DNA of 64,000 nucleotides, taken from positions 72,177-136,176 of the forward strand of contig CAMYLR010000011.1 of NCBI GenBank assembly GCA_947259315.1, given 5' to 3'. The notes beneath the pieces are model-generated. The model did not search any database and was not told the origin of the DNA. It was given only the letters and a program-made list of their open reading frames with translations. Source of the stretch: an uncultured Gemmatimonadales bacterium. GTDB lineage: Bacteria; Gemmatimonadota; Gemmatimonadetes; JACCXV01; JAHWKZ01. This document shows, piece after piece, positions 55,710 through 64,000 of the stretch (positions are counted from its first letter, which is position 1; every line of letters starts with the position of its first letter). The position numbers and the translations under genes are program-made.

Positions 55710-56660
55710 GTGCCCGAGCGGCGGTTCCACGAACCGGTCCTGTTGACGGAGACGATCGCGATGCTGAGGCCAGTTACAGGAAAAACGTATCTCGACGCCA
55801 CGCTCGGTGGTGGTGGGCACGCCGAGGCGATTCTCGAGGCGTCGGCGCCAGCCGGACGATTAGTGGGACTGGATCGGGATCCGCAGGCGATCCAGTTCGC
55901 AGGCCAGCGGTTGGCGCGGTTTGGTGATCGGGTCGAGTTATTGAATACGAACTTCGCCGAGATCGACCGGACGTCGAGGCTCGAGCAAGCGCATTTCGAT
56001 GGCGCTCTGCTCGACCTCGGCGTTTCCTCGGCGCAAGTCGACGACGTGGTGCGCGGCTTCAGCTACCGTCAGGACGCTCCGCTGGATATGCGGATGGGGC
56101 CCAGAGGGGAACCTGCTCGGGAATTGTTGTCGCGCGCCGCACCATCGACCCTCGAGCAGATCATTCGAGACTACGGTGAAGAACGTCACGCACGGCGTAT
56201 CGCCAAGGCGATCGTGCGTGAGCGCGAACGCGAGCCGATCAATACTACCAATCGGCTGCGAGCCATCGTCGAGTCGGCAGTCCCAGCGAGCTCGCACCAG
56301 CTCAAGAGCGTCGCGAGGGTCTTCCAGGCGATCCGAATCGCCGTCAATGACGAGCTGACGGCGTTAAAGAGTGGTCTTAAACAAATTGAGCGGCGGCTGA
56401 ACGCCGACGCCCGGCTAGTGGTGATCGCGTATCACTCGTTGGAAGACCGTGTAGTCAAGCGGTATTTCCGCGAGTTGGCGGCGGATTGCGAGTGTCCGCC
56501 CGATCTCCCCGTTTGCCGGTGTGACAAGGTTTCTGAGGCGGACGTGCTCACCCCCCGACCGATCCGTCCGACCGAGGCCGAAGTCGCCGCCAATCCTCGT
56601 GCTCGGAGCGCGCGTTTGCGCGCCATCGAGCGGCGCCGCCAGGTGGCGGACCAAACCTAG
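55710..56660 (+). CDS. rsmH: 16S rRNA m4C1402 methyltransferase
   Basis: HEPVLL, DATLGGGGH, DLGVSS, PLDMRM, FQAIRIAVN, HSLEDR, NPRARSARLR. Confidence 0.96.
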   Translation: MPERRFHEPVLLTETIAMLRPVTGKTYLDATLGGGGHAEAILEASAPAGRLVGLDRDPQAIQFAGQRLARFGDRVELLNTNFAEIDRTSRLEQAHFDGALLDLGVSSAQVDDVVRGFSYRQDAPLDMRMGPRGEPARELLSRAAPSTLEQIIRDYGEERHARRIAKAIVREREREPINTTNRLRAIVESAVPASSHQLKSVARVFQAIRIAVNDELTALKSGLKQIERRLNADARLVVIAYHSLEDRVVKRYFRELAADCECPPDLPVCRCDKVSEADVLTPRPIRPTEAEVAANPRARSARLRAIERRRQVADQT

Positions 56661-56680
56661 CGCCGGAAAGTAGGGAGTCG

Positions 56681-57127
56681 GTGAACGTCTACGTTCGTGA
56701 GTATCGCAAGATCGAACACCGAACCCGTCGCCGAACCAGTTTTGCGTGGCATTATCTGCCGACGCTCCTGTTGCTCACGGCTGCAGTCGTCGTCGGCAAG
56801 GTCTACGTCCAGTCGGTCGCGATTCGGTGGTCTGATCGCGCTTTGGAGCAGAAAACCACGGCGCGAGATCTAGAGACCACGAATGATGCGCTGGCGCGTT
56901 CGATCGCAGTGTTGACGACCCGAGACCGGGTAACGCACGTTGCAGACCGGCGCCTGGGCATGGTCACTCCGACCGAGATCGACATCGTTTGGCTGCCGGT
57001 TCCCGATGGTACCCCCGCGCACGCACCGCCACTGCCAGCCAAGATCGATGGTGGAGTGCTGGCCACCGTGGGCGGTTGGCTTGATGCGCTCTGGCAGGAG
57101 GAAGCTCTCGCGCTGACGAGCCAATAG
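56681..57127 (+). CDS. ftsL: Probable cell division protein FtsL
   Basis: Single TM + coiled coil + LGMVTP; lies between rsmH and the PBP gene. Confidence 0.65.
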   Translation: MNVYVREYRKIEHRTRRRTSFAWHYLPTLLLLTAAVVVGKVYVQSVAIRWSDRALEQKTTARDLETTNDALARSIAVLTTRDRVTHVADRRLGMVTPTEIDIVWLPVPDGTPAHAPPLPAKIDGGVLATVGGWLDALWQEEALALTSQ

Positions 57128-59151
57128 TGGCTCGCACCCGAGGGATCCGCTCCAAGAAGGTGAGTGAGTCCGATCGCCTTCGAATCGGACGTCGTCGCCA
57201 ACGGCTCATCTTCGTCTTGCTTCTCATGTTTTCAGCCCGGCTCGGAGTCGCGTTCTTCGAGATCCAGGTTCGCGGCCACGACGAATACCGGGCAACAGCC
57301 CAAAAACAGCAAAAGAAGCGCATCGTCATCCCGCCCGAGCGGGGCACGATCTACGATCGTAACGGGGTGCCACTTACGGTCAATGAAGAGGAGTACGGCG
57401 TTTACCTCGTCCCACGCCACGTTGATCCCGATGAGACAGAGCAGTTTGTCGAGACGTTGACCTCGATCTTGGGGGTCAATGCCCGAGAGGTCAAGCGCCG
57501 TCTGGAGGAGGGTGGGTGGTACGTGCGTCTTACGCGTGGGATGTCGCCCGAGATCGTCCACCAGCTCGAAGCCGCGAAACTGGATGGCGTGGGTGTGGAG
57601 TCGTATCGGGTGCGCCGGTATCCCTACGATCGGCTGGCGGGCGATCTGCTTGGCAAGGTCAACACCGAAAACAAAGGCCTCGACGGCATAGAGCTGTATT
57701 ACGACGAGGTCCTTCGTGGAACTCCGGGTTACGCCATCCACCAACGAGACGCCTTGGGGCATGAGTACCCGAACTTCACATTCCCGGTTAAGGCTCCAGT
57801 CCACGGTCGGGCCTTGTACCTGACGATCGATCTAGGGGTGCAAGAGATCGTCGAGGCTGCTCTCGAGACAGCCATGGGTAAGACTCACGCGAAAGCCGGA
57901 AGTGTTGTAGTCGTCGACCCGCGAACCGGCGAGGTGCTGGCGATGGCGACTCGCGGCGGACCCAGAAAGAGCGACCAACGGGGGAGAAACGTAGCTGTGG
58001 TCGATCAGTTCGAGCCCGGGTCGACTTTCAAGATCGTGCCCCTCACCGGGTTGTACGAGGAGTCGCTGGCGGCTCCAAACGATTCGCTGTTCTGTGAGCG
58101 CGGCACGTGGCGACACAAGGGGCGCACGATTCGCGATGTCCACCCGTACGACTATCTCACCGTCGAGCAGGTCATCGAAGCTTCGTCGAATATCTGCTCG
58201 ATTAAGCTCGCGGATCGCCTCGGCGACAATCGACTCTACGAGTACGCCCGCAAGTTCGGGTTCGGATTGCCAGCTGGTCTCGATTTTCCCGGCGAGCCGC
58301 GCGGCCTGCTCAAACGTCCGGATGAATGGTCCGTGCTGACGGCCGGATCGGTGACTATGGGGTATGAGGTCATGGTGACCTCGGTCCAGATGGCGATGGC
58401 GTACAGCGCGGTGGCCAACGGTGGCGAGCTACTGAGACCCTATTTGGTAAGACGGATCGTCGACACCGAGGGCGGGGTCGAGTTCGAGGGTCGTCCGCAG
58501 CTCGTTCGCCGGGTCATGAAGCCGCAGACGGCGCATCTGGTGACTCAGGCACTCGTTCGCGTGGTGGAGTTTGGCACTGCCAGGAGTGCGCAGATCGACA
58601 TGCTCCCGGTGGCTGGGAAGACAGGCACCGCCCGCAAGGTCGGCGAGCGGGGGTATGACTACAAGCGGCACACCTCCTCGTTCGCGGGGTTTTTCCCCGC
58701 TGATGATGCGCGATACGCTGTCTTCGTCCGTATTGATGAACCGGTGGGCAAGTTCTACGGGGGGTTGGTGGCGGCACCGGTGTTCCATGAGATCGTCGAG
58801 AACACACTTCTGACCCGCGCGGTGGATCGATCACCCGCACTGGTTGAGCGGTTTCGGTCGCCCCAGCAGGTTGTGCAGCGTGTTTCAGACGGGTTTGGTG
58901 CATTGCCCGCCGCGACGGAGCCCGATACGCTCGCTTCGTCGCAGCCGGTGGAATTACCGGACGGCGTCGATCCGCGCACGCACGTAAAGGTACCGGATTT
59001 CACTGGACTGGGTCTGCGCGAGGCGATCCGCCGCGCGTCGCGTCTTGGGATCGAGCTCGCATTTGATGGAACGGGGACGATCGTTGGCCAGGATCCGGAG
59101 CCTGGGGAGGTGCTGACCCGCGGCGGCGTGGTACTGGTTCGGGATCGATAG
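57127..59151 (+). CDS. ftsI: Class B penicillin-binding protein with PASTA domain
   Basis: RGTIYDRNG, EPGSTFK (SxxK), SSN, GKTGTA, C-terminal VPDFTG PASTA. Confidence 0.92.
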   Translation: MARTRGIRSKKVSESDRLRIGRRRQRLIFVLLLMFSARLGVAFFEIQVRGHDEYRATAQKQQKKRIVIPPERGTIYDRNGVPLTVNEEEYGVYLVPRHVDPDETEQFVETLTSILGVNAREVKRRLEEGGWYVRLTRGMSPEIVHQLEAAKLDGVGVESYRVRRYPYDRLAGDLLGKVNTENKGLDGIELYYDEVLRGTPGYAIHQRDALGHEYPNFTFPVKAPVHGRALYLTIDLGVQEIVEAALETAMGKTHAKAGSVVVVDPRTGEVLAMATRGGPRKSDQRGRNVAVVDQFEPGSTFKIVPLTGLYEESLAAPNDSLFCERGTWRHKGRTIRDVHPYDYLTVEQVIEASSNICSIKLADRLGDNRLYEYARKFGFGLPAGLDFPGEPRGLLKRPDEWSVLTAGSVTMGYEVMVTSVQMAMAYSAVANGGELLRPYLVRRIVDTEGGVEFEGRPQLVRRVMKPQTAHLVTQALVRVVEFGTARSAQIDMLPVAGKTGTARKVGERGYDYKRHTSSFAGFFPADDARYAVFVRIDEPVGKFYGGLVAAPVFHEIVENTLLTRAVDRSPALVERFRSPQQVVQRVSDGFGALPAATEPDTLASSQPVELPDGVDPRTHVKVPDFTGLGLREAIRRASRLGIELAFDGTGTIVGQDPEPGEVLTRGGVVLVRDR

Positions 59152-60626
59152 TGGGGGTGGCCGTCGAGACGACACGTCTCTCCGCGCTGGCTAAGCGGGT
59201 CGGCGGGCGGGTCGTTGGCGACGAGGACCCTCGCGTCGTCGGAGTATCCCATGATAGCCGTCGTGTGCAAGCAGGGGATTTGTTCGCGGCGATCACCGGC
59301 TTTGAAGCCGATGGCCATCGTTTTGTCCCTGCGGCGGTCGAGGCGGGCGCCGTCGCTGGGTTGGTCGATCACGAGGGCTCCTGGCCGGTGCCAGTGATCG
59401 TCGTCGATGACGTGCGCCGTGCGATCGGACCCATAGCGCATGCTGTTGTGGGTGACCCCACGACTCGTATGCGGGTGATCGGGATTACTGGAACCAATGG
59501 CAAGACGACGACGACGTTCATGACAGCGGCGGTCTTGGGTGGCGATGAGGTGGCGACGCTGGGAACGCTCGGTGCCCGGCGTGGCGAGCGGGTTTTCAAG
59601 ACCGGGTTTACGACGCCCGAAGCGCCCGACTTGGCGCGCCTTTTTGCGGACTTGGAGCGGGAAGGGGTGAGATCGATCGTGATGGAGGTCTCGAGCCACG
59701 CGATCGCGCTCGAGCGCATCGGCGGGATTCACTTTACGGCGGGCGGGTTTACGAACTTGAGCCCTGATCATCTCGATTTTCACCCCACCATGGAAGATTA
59801 CGGCGAAGCGAAGCTCGATTTCTTTCGTCTGCTTCGTGAGCAACACGGCTTTGGGGTGGTGAACGCAGACGACGCCTGGGGTGATCGGTTTCGAGCCGCA
59901 GGGCCCGACGAGACGTGGCGCTTTAGCGAGAGTAATCCCGAGGCCGAGGTGTACGCCGAGCGGATGGAGATCGAACGCGACGGCACGACGATGGATGTAC
60001 GCACTCCGCGCGGACGCTTTACGACCCGTCTGTCGATGGCTGGTCGCTTCAACGCTGCCAACGCGCTGGCAGCGGCGGCGTTGGGTGTTGGGCTCGGGAC
60101 TGAGCCGGAGGCGGTGGCGCGAGCGCTAGCGGAAGTTGACCACGTACCCGGTCGCTACGAGGTGTACCGTGGCGTCGATATCACGGTAATCGTGGACTAC
60201 GCCCACACGCCGGAGGCGATCGAAAGGGTCCTGCTGGCGGTACGTGATACCGGAGCCCGACGGATCTTGTGTGTCTTTGGCTGTGGGGGCGAGCGTGACC
60301 GCACCAAGCGACCAGAGATGGCCCGAGTTGCGGGAACGTTGGCAGAGGTCGCGATTCTCACCACCGATAACCCGCGCCGCGAGTCGATCGATCAAATCGT
60401 CGCCGACGCCATCGTCGGATTTGATGACACCCCGGCCCGGTGGGAGCGGATCGATGACCGCGCGGCGGCGATCGAACATGCGATCGGCGAAGCTGAGCGC
60501 GGTGACGTTGTATGTGTGCTCGGCAAAGGAGACGAGGAGCACATCTTGATCGGCAACCAGCAGATACCGTTTTGTGATCGTGACGTGGTTCAACGCGCCT
60601 TGGCAGTCCGAGACGGTGCAGAGTGA
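59151..60626 (+). CDS. murE: UDP-MurNAc-tripeptide synthetase (meso-DAP type)
   Basis: GITGTNGKTT, MEVSSH, DHLDFH, VDYAHTP, FGCGGERD, DNPR. Confidence 0.96.
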   Translation: MGVAVETTRLSALAKRVGGRVVGDEDPRVVGVSHDSRRVQAGDLFAAITGFEADGHRFVPAAVEAGAVAGLVDHEGSWPVPVIVVDDVRRAIGPIAHAVVGDPTTRMRVIGITGTNGKTTTTFMTAAVLGGDEVATLGTLGARRGERVFKTGFTTPEAPDLARLFADLEREGVRSIVMEVSSHAIALERIGGIHFTAGGFTNLSPDHLDFHPTMEDYGEAKLDFFRLLREQHGFGVVNADDAWGDRFRAAGPDETWRFSESNPEAEVYAERMEIERDGTTMDVRTPRGRFTTRLSMAGRFNAANALAAAALGVGLGTEPEAVARALAEVDHVPGRYEVYRGVDITVIVDYAHTPEAIERVLLAVRDTGARRILCVFGCGGERDRTKRPEMARVAGTLAEVAILTTDNPRRESIDQIVADAIVGFDDTPARWERIDDRAAAIEHAIGEAERGDVVCVLGKGDEEHILIGNQQIPFCDRDVVQRALAVRDGAE

Positions 60627-62011
60627 GTGCTAGGCTGACCGCCGATCAGGTGACCGCCGCGCTGGGCGTAAAACCCAGCCGACAGCCGCCTCAAGCCTTC
60701 AGGGGTGTAACGATCGACACCCGCCGAGCAACGGATGGAGAGCTTTTCGTTGCGATCCGTGGCGACCGCTATGATGGCAATGATTTCTTGGACGCTGCGG
60801 TGGCTGCTGGTGTGTCCGGTGCGGTGGGCGAGGATAGGGGTTTCGCCGATCGTGCCGAGATCGCGTTCTGGGCGGTACCCGACGGGCGGGCTGCGCTCCA
60901 GGCGCTGGCCGCTCATTATCGGAATGCGCTCTCGACCCAGCTCGTCGCGGTCACCGGCTCGAATGGAAAGACGACCACAAAAGAGCTGATCGCGGCGGTG
61001 CTGGCGCAACGTTTCTCGACCTCGGCAACCGCTGGCAACTTGAATAACCAGATCGGGGTCCCACTCACCTTGCTCGATATCGATCCCAACGACGATTGGG
61101 CGGTGGTCGAGCTGGGGTCCAGCGAGCCCGGGGAGATCGCGATTCTGTCGCGCATCGCTCAACCAACGATGGCGGTCCTTACCAGCGTCGCGGCCAGCCA
61201 CCTCGAGGGGCTGGGTTCGGTCGAGGCGGTGATGGAGGAGAAGCTGGCTCTCGGACGTGTTCTCTCTCCTGACGGGACCCTGTTCTATAACGGCGATGAT
61301 CCGCGCTTGACAGCTGCGGTTTCGAAGTTGAAGTGCCGACTGGTCTCCTACGGTATCGAGCCATCGAACGACGTTCGACCGGAGCGCTGGGAGTTGGACG
61401 GCGAAGGCCGCGGGATGTTCGAGATCGATGGGCGCACCTACCGCCTGCGGCTGGTCGGTCGGCACAACGTCGTGAACGCGCTGGCGGCCGTCGCCGTGGG
61501 CGGCGAGGCGGATATCTCGCCGGGGGCGATCGCCGTCGGGATCGCCGAGCCCGATGCATTGCCGCTGCGGATGGAATTGGAGCGATGGGGGGACGTGATC
61601 GCGCTGGTCGACTGCTACAACGCCAACCCCGAGAGTGTGGCGTCGGCGGTGGCTACCCTGGTGGCCCTCGATGATGCTCGTCGACGCGTCGTCGTGCTCG
61701 GCGAGATGCTGGAATTGGGCGACCAAAGCGAAATGCTGCACCGGCAGGTCGGGTGCGATCTGGCGTCGGCCGGTGTTGAAGTCGTCGTGGCGGTTGGCGC
61801 TGGCGCCGCACCGGTAGCCACTGGGGCCGAGGATGAGGGCGTGACCGCGCTGCGATTCGACTACCAGCCGGGATCGATCCGGTGGCTTATTGACAACCTC
61901 CGCCCTGGTGACGCGGTCCTCTTCAAGGCCAGTCGTGGTGCAGCGCTGGAGCGAGTGGTTGAACCGGTTCGCGAGGCGTGTCTGGGTTGCTCGGTCGAGA
62001 TCAATCGATGA
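60623..62011 (+). CDS. murF: UDP-MurNAc-tripeptide--D-Ala-D-Ala ligase
   Basis: TGSNGKTTTKE, NLNNQIGVP, YNANPES, GEMLELG, FKASRG. Confidence 0.96.
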   Translation: MSARLTADQVTAALGVKPSRQPPQAFRGVTIDTRRATDGELFVAIRGDRYDGNDFLDAAVAAGVSGAVGEDRGFADRAEIAFWAVPDGRAALQALAAHYRNALSTQLVAVTGSNGKTTTKELIAAVLAQRFSTSATAGNLNNQIGVPLTLLDIDPNDDWAVVELGSSEPGEIAILSRIAQPTMAVLTSVAASHLEGLGSVEAVMEEKLALGRVLSPDGTLFYNGDDPRLTAAVSKLKCRLVSYGIEPSNDVRPERWELDGEGRGMFEIDGRTYRLRLVGRHNVVNALAAVAVGGEADISPGAIAVGIAEPDALPLRMELERWGDVIALVDCYNANPESVASAVATLVALDDARRRVVVLGEMLELGDQSEMLHRQVGCDLASAGVEVVVAVGAGAAPVATGAEDEGVTALRFDYQPGSIRWLIDNLRPGDAVLFKASRGAALERVVEPVREACLGCSVEINR

Positions 62012-62022
62012 GGCAGCGGTAG

Positions 62023-63108
62023 ATGCTCTACGACCTGCTCGTTCCACTGGCTGATCAACACACGTTCTTCAACGTTTTTCGATACATAACGTTTCGCTCT
62101 GCCTACGCGACGGTCACCGCGCTTGCGCTCGCGTTCCTGCTGGGTCCATGGCTGATTCGACGCTTGAGCGTTCTTGGGGCGGGACAGCCGATCCGACAAG
62201 AGGGTCCAAAGGCCCACTACAGCAAGGCCGGCACGCCGACCATGGGTGGCGTGTTGATCATCCTGGCCGTCGTCGTCCCGACTCTTCTTTGGGCCGATTT
62301 GAGTCAGCCGTTCATTCAGATGATTCTCGTGGCTACGCTTTGGATGGGAGGGTTGGGATTCCTCGATGACTATCTGAAAGTCGTGAAGCAGAAGTCAGAG
62401 GGACTGATCGCCATCCAGAAGGTCGTCGGTCAAGTCCTGCTAGGTGTGGTGCTCGGCGTGTGGCTCTACATGCAACCGGTTCACGGCGAGTACACGACAC
62501 TCACCTCGGTGCCGTTCTTCAAGGAGCGCTTTGTCGATTTCGGTTTCCTATACATCCCGTTCATCATCTTGGTGGTGATCGCTGCCACCAATGCGGTCAA
62601 CCTTACCGACGGTCTGGATGGGCTGGCGATCGGGTTGGGGGCTATCGCGGCGACCGCATTTGCCGCGTTCGCATACGTGATCGGTCGTGCCGACTGGTCA
62701 GGCTATCTGCAGATCCCGTACTTCTCGGGTGCCGGTGAACTCACCGTCTACTGCGCGGCGTTGCTCGGCGCTGCACTTGGGTTTCTCTGGTACAACGCTC
62801 ATCCAGCCGAAATCATCATGGGCGACACCGGATCGCTCGCGCTCGGCGGCGCGTTTGGGACGCTCGCGGTGCTGCTCAAGATGGAGTTCGCCTTGATCTT
62901 TGTCGGCGGCGTGTTCGTGCTCGAAACATTGTCGGTGATCATCCAGGTGGCGTCGTTCAAGCTGCGCGGGAAGCGAGTTTTCAAGATGAGCCCGATTCAC
63001 CACCATTTCGAGCTTCTTGGGTGGGACGAGCAGAAGATCGTCATGCGGTTCTACATCCTCGGGGTCCTGTTCGCTCTGCTCGCTGCCTCGACGCTGAAAC
63101 TGCGGTGA
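62023..63108 (+). CDS. mraY: Phospho-MurNAc-pentapeptide transferase
   Basis: GTPTMGG, LDDYLK, NAVNLTDGLDGL, MGDTGSL, PIHHHFE. Confidence 0.97.
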   Translation: MLYDLLVPLADQHTFFNVFRYITFRSAYATVTALALAFLLGPWLIRRLSVLGAGQPIRQEGPKAHYSKAGTPTMGGVLIILAVVVPTLLWADLSQPFIQMILVATLWMGGLGFLDDYLKVVKQKSEGLIAIQKVVGQVLLGVVLGVWLYMQPVHGEYTTLTSVPFFKERFVDFGFLYIPFIILVVIAATNAVNLTDGLDGLAIGLGAIAATAFAAFAYVIGRADWSGYLQIPYFSGAGELTVYCAALLGAALGFLWYNAHPAEIIMGDTGSLALGGAFGTLAVLLKMEFALIFVGGVFVLETLSVIIQVASFKLRGKRVFKMSPIHHHFELLGWDEQKIVMRFYILGVLFALLAASTLKLR

Positions 63109-64000
63109 TCGATCCACCGGTCCAGGTCGATGGTGCACGCGTAGCGGTGCTCGGGCTGGCGCGCTCGGGGATGGCGGTCGCGCGTCTGTTGCAGCGGGTG
63201 GGGGCTAGCGTCTACGCGTCCGACGTCTCGGCGTCAGATCATGTCGTCGCTGCAGCTCGTGCTCTTGAGGACGAAGGCATCGAAGCCGGCACCGGGGGTC
63301 ACGATCGTGAGCTGATCTCAGACTGCGACTGGGTCGTGGTTAGCCCTGGAATCCCGCCCAACGCCGAGATCCTGGTGGCACCGCCGGTCTGCGATCTCCC
63401 AATCTTCAGCGAGATCGAGGTTGCGTGGTGGTTTGCCCGCGCACCCGTAGCTGCAGTCACGGGCACCAACGGCAAGACGACGACCACGGCGCTGCTTGGA
63501 GCTGTTGCTCAGACGGGCGGCATCTCGGTCAGACGTCGAGTGGTATGTGCTCGAGGTGTCGTCGTTCCAGTTGGCCCGGATCGAAACCTTCAAGCCGCGG
63601 GTGGCGGTGGTCCTAAACCTGACCGCCGATCACCTCGATACCTATCCCGATGTCGAGGCGTACGCTCGGGACAAGGCACGTATCGCTATGAACCAGGATC
63701 GCGGCGATCACCTGTGCCTGAATGGTGAGGACCGTGCGCTGTCGAGTTTCGGTTCCGATCGACCAGCAACCCGGCACTGGTTTAACCGTTACGAGTCGGT
63801 TGAGCGAGGCGCTTGGGTCGACGATGGTTGGATTACGCTGACCGGCGAGGCGTACTCGGGCCCGATCATCAAGACAGCCGCGCTGAGAATACCAGGGCAG
63901 CACAACGTGCAGAACGCATTGGCGGCGACGCTCGCAGCAGAGCTCATGGGGGTCGAGCCGACGGCGATCGGCTCGGGGTTGGCGTCTTTCGGCGGGGTCG
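63105..64000 (+). CDS. murD: UDP-MurNAc-L-Ala--D-Glu ligase; frameshifted near 63520 as given, and runs off the window end
   Basis: GLARSG, VVSPGIP, SEIE, VTGTNGKTTT in one frame; VLEVSSFQL, NLTADHLD, GQHNVQN in another. Confidence 0.88.

Noticed and set aside
60590..62047. Long antisense or alternate-frame ORFs (also 5266-6510, 23956-25194, 24183-25304, 30101-31225, 47506-48714, 51725-52786, 58755-59846)
   Set aside because: Shadow frames of well-supported genes in GC-rich DNA, with no recognisable motifs
63481..63545. Programmed ribosomal frameshift in murD
   Set aside because: No slippery run, and conserved residues (GNIG) are missing, so frameshifting could not restore the protein

Overview
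High-GC bacterial chromosomal window from a diderm (TonB-dependent receptor, lipoboxes). The gene content suggests Gemmatimonadota or a similar lineage; this is inference, not a database result. Left (1-24 kb): NarL/NreBC-like two-component system, TonB receptor behind a palindromic operator, hutF, hydantoinase/oxoprolinase A/B, a 1512-aa S8 protease with PKD and LamG-like repeats, MarR-GNAT, AKR, M20 peptidase and cyclase. Centre (24.7-44.2 kb): a large respiratory island. It runs ferredoxin, Mrp/ApbC, Zn-ribbon+PCP_red protein, double-USP+2xPCP_red protein with Cys-Pro motifs, SPASM radical SAM+PCP_red, a CydA-like protein with no CydB, three c-type cytochromes (one with an EB_dh-like domain), a cupredoxin-like lipoprotein and an aa3-type oxidase. 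This run converges on a second, caa3-type oxidase operon. Right: TPR protein, tRNA-Asp, a coproporphyrin-dependent haem operon (hemACDB-chdC-hemLE-cpfC) and the start of the dcw cluster (mraZ to murD). The best candidate for an undescribed system is the PCP_red-linked, putative cofactor-maturation module attached to the CydA-like oxidase. Three genes, including the normally essential murD, carry frameshifting internal deletions at apparent microhomologies, so assembly artefacts are likely. All family calls come from motifs read by eye; no searches were run.
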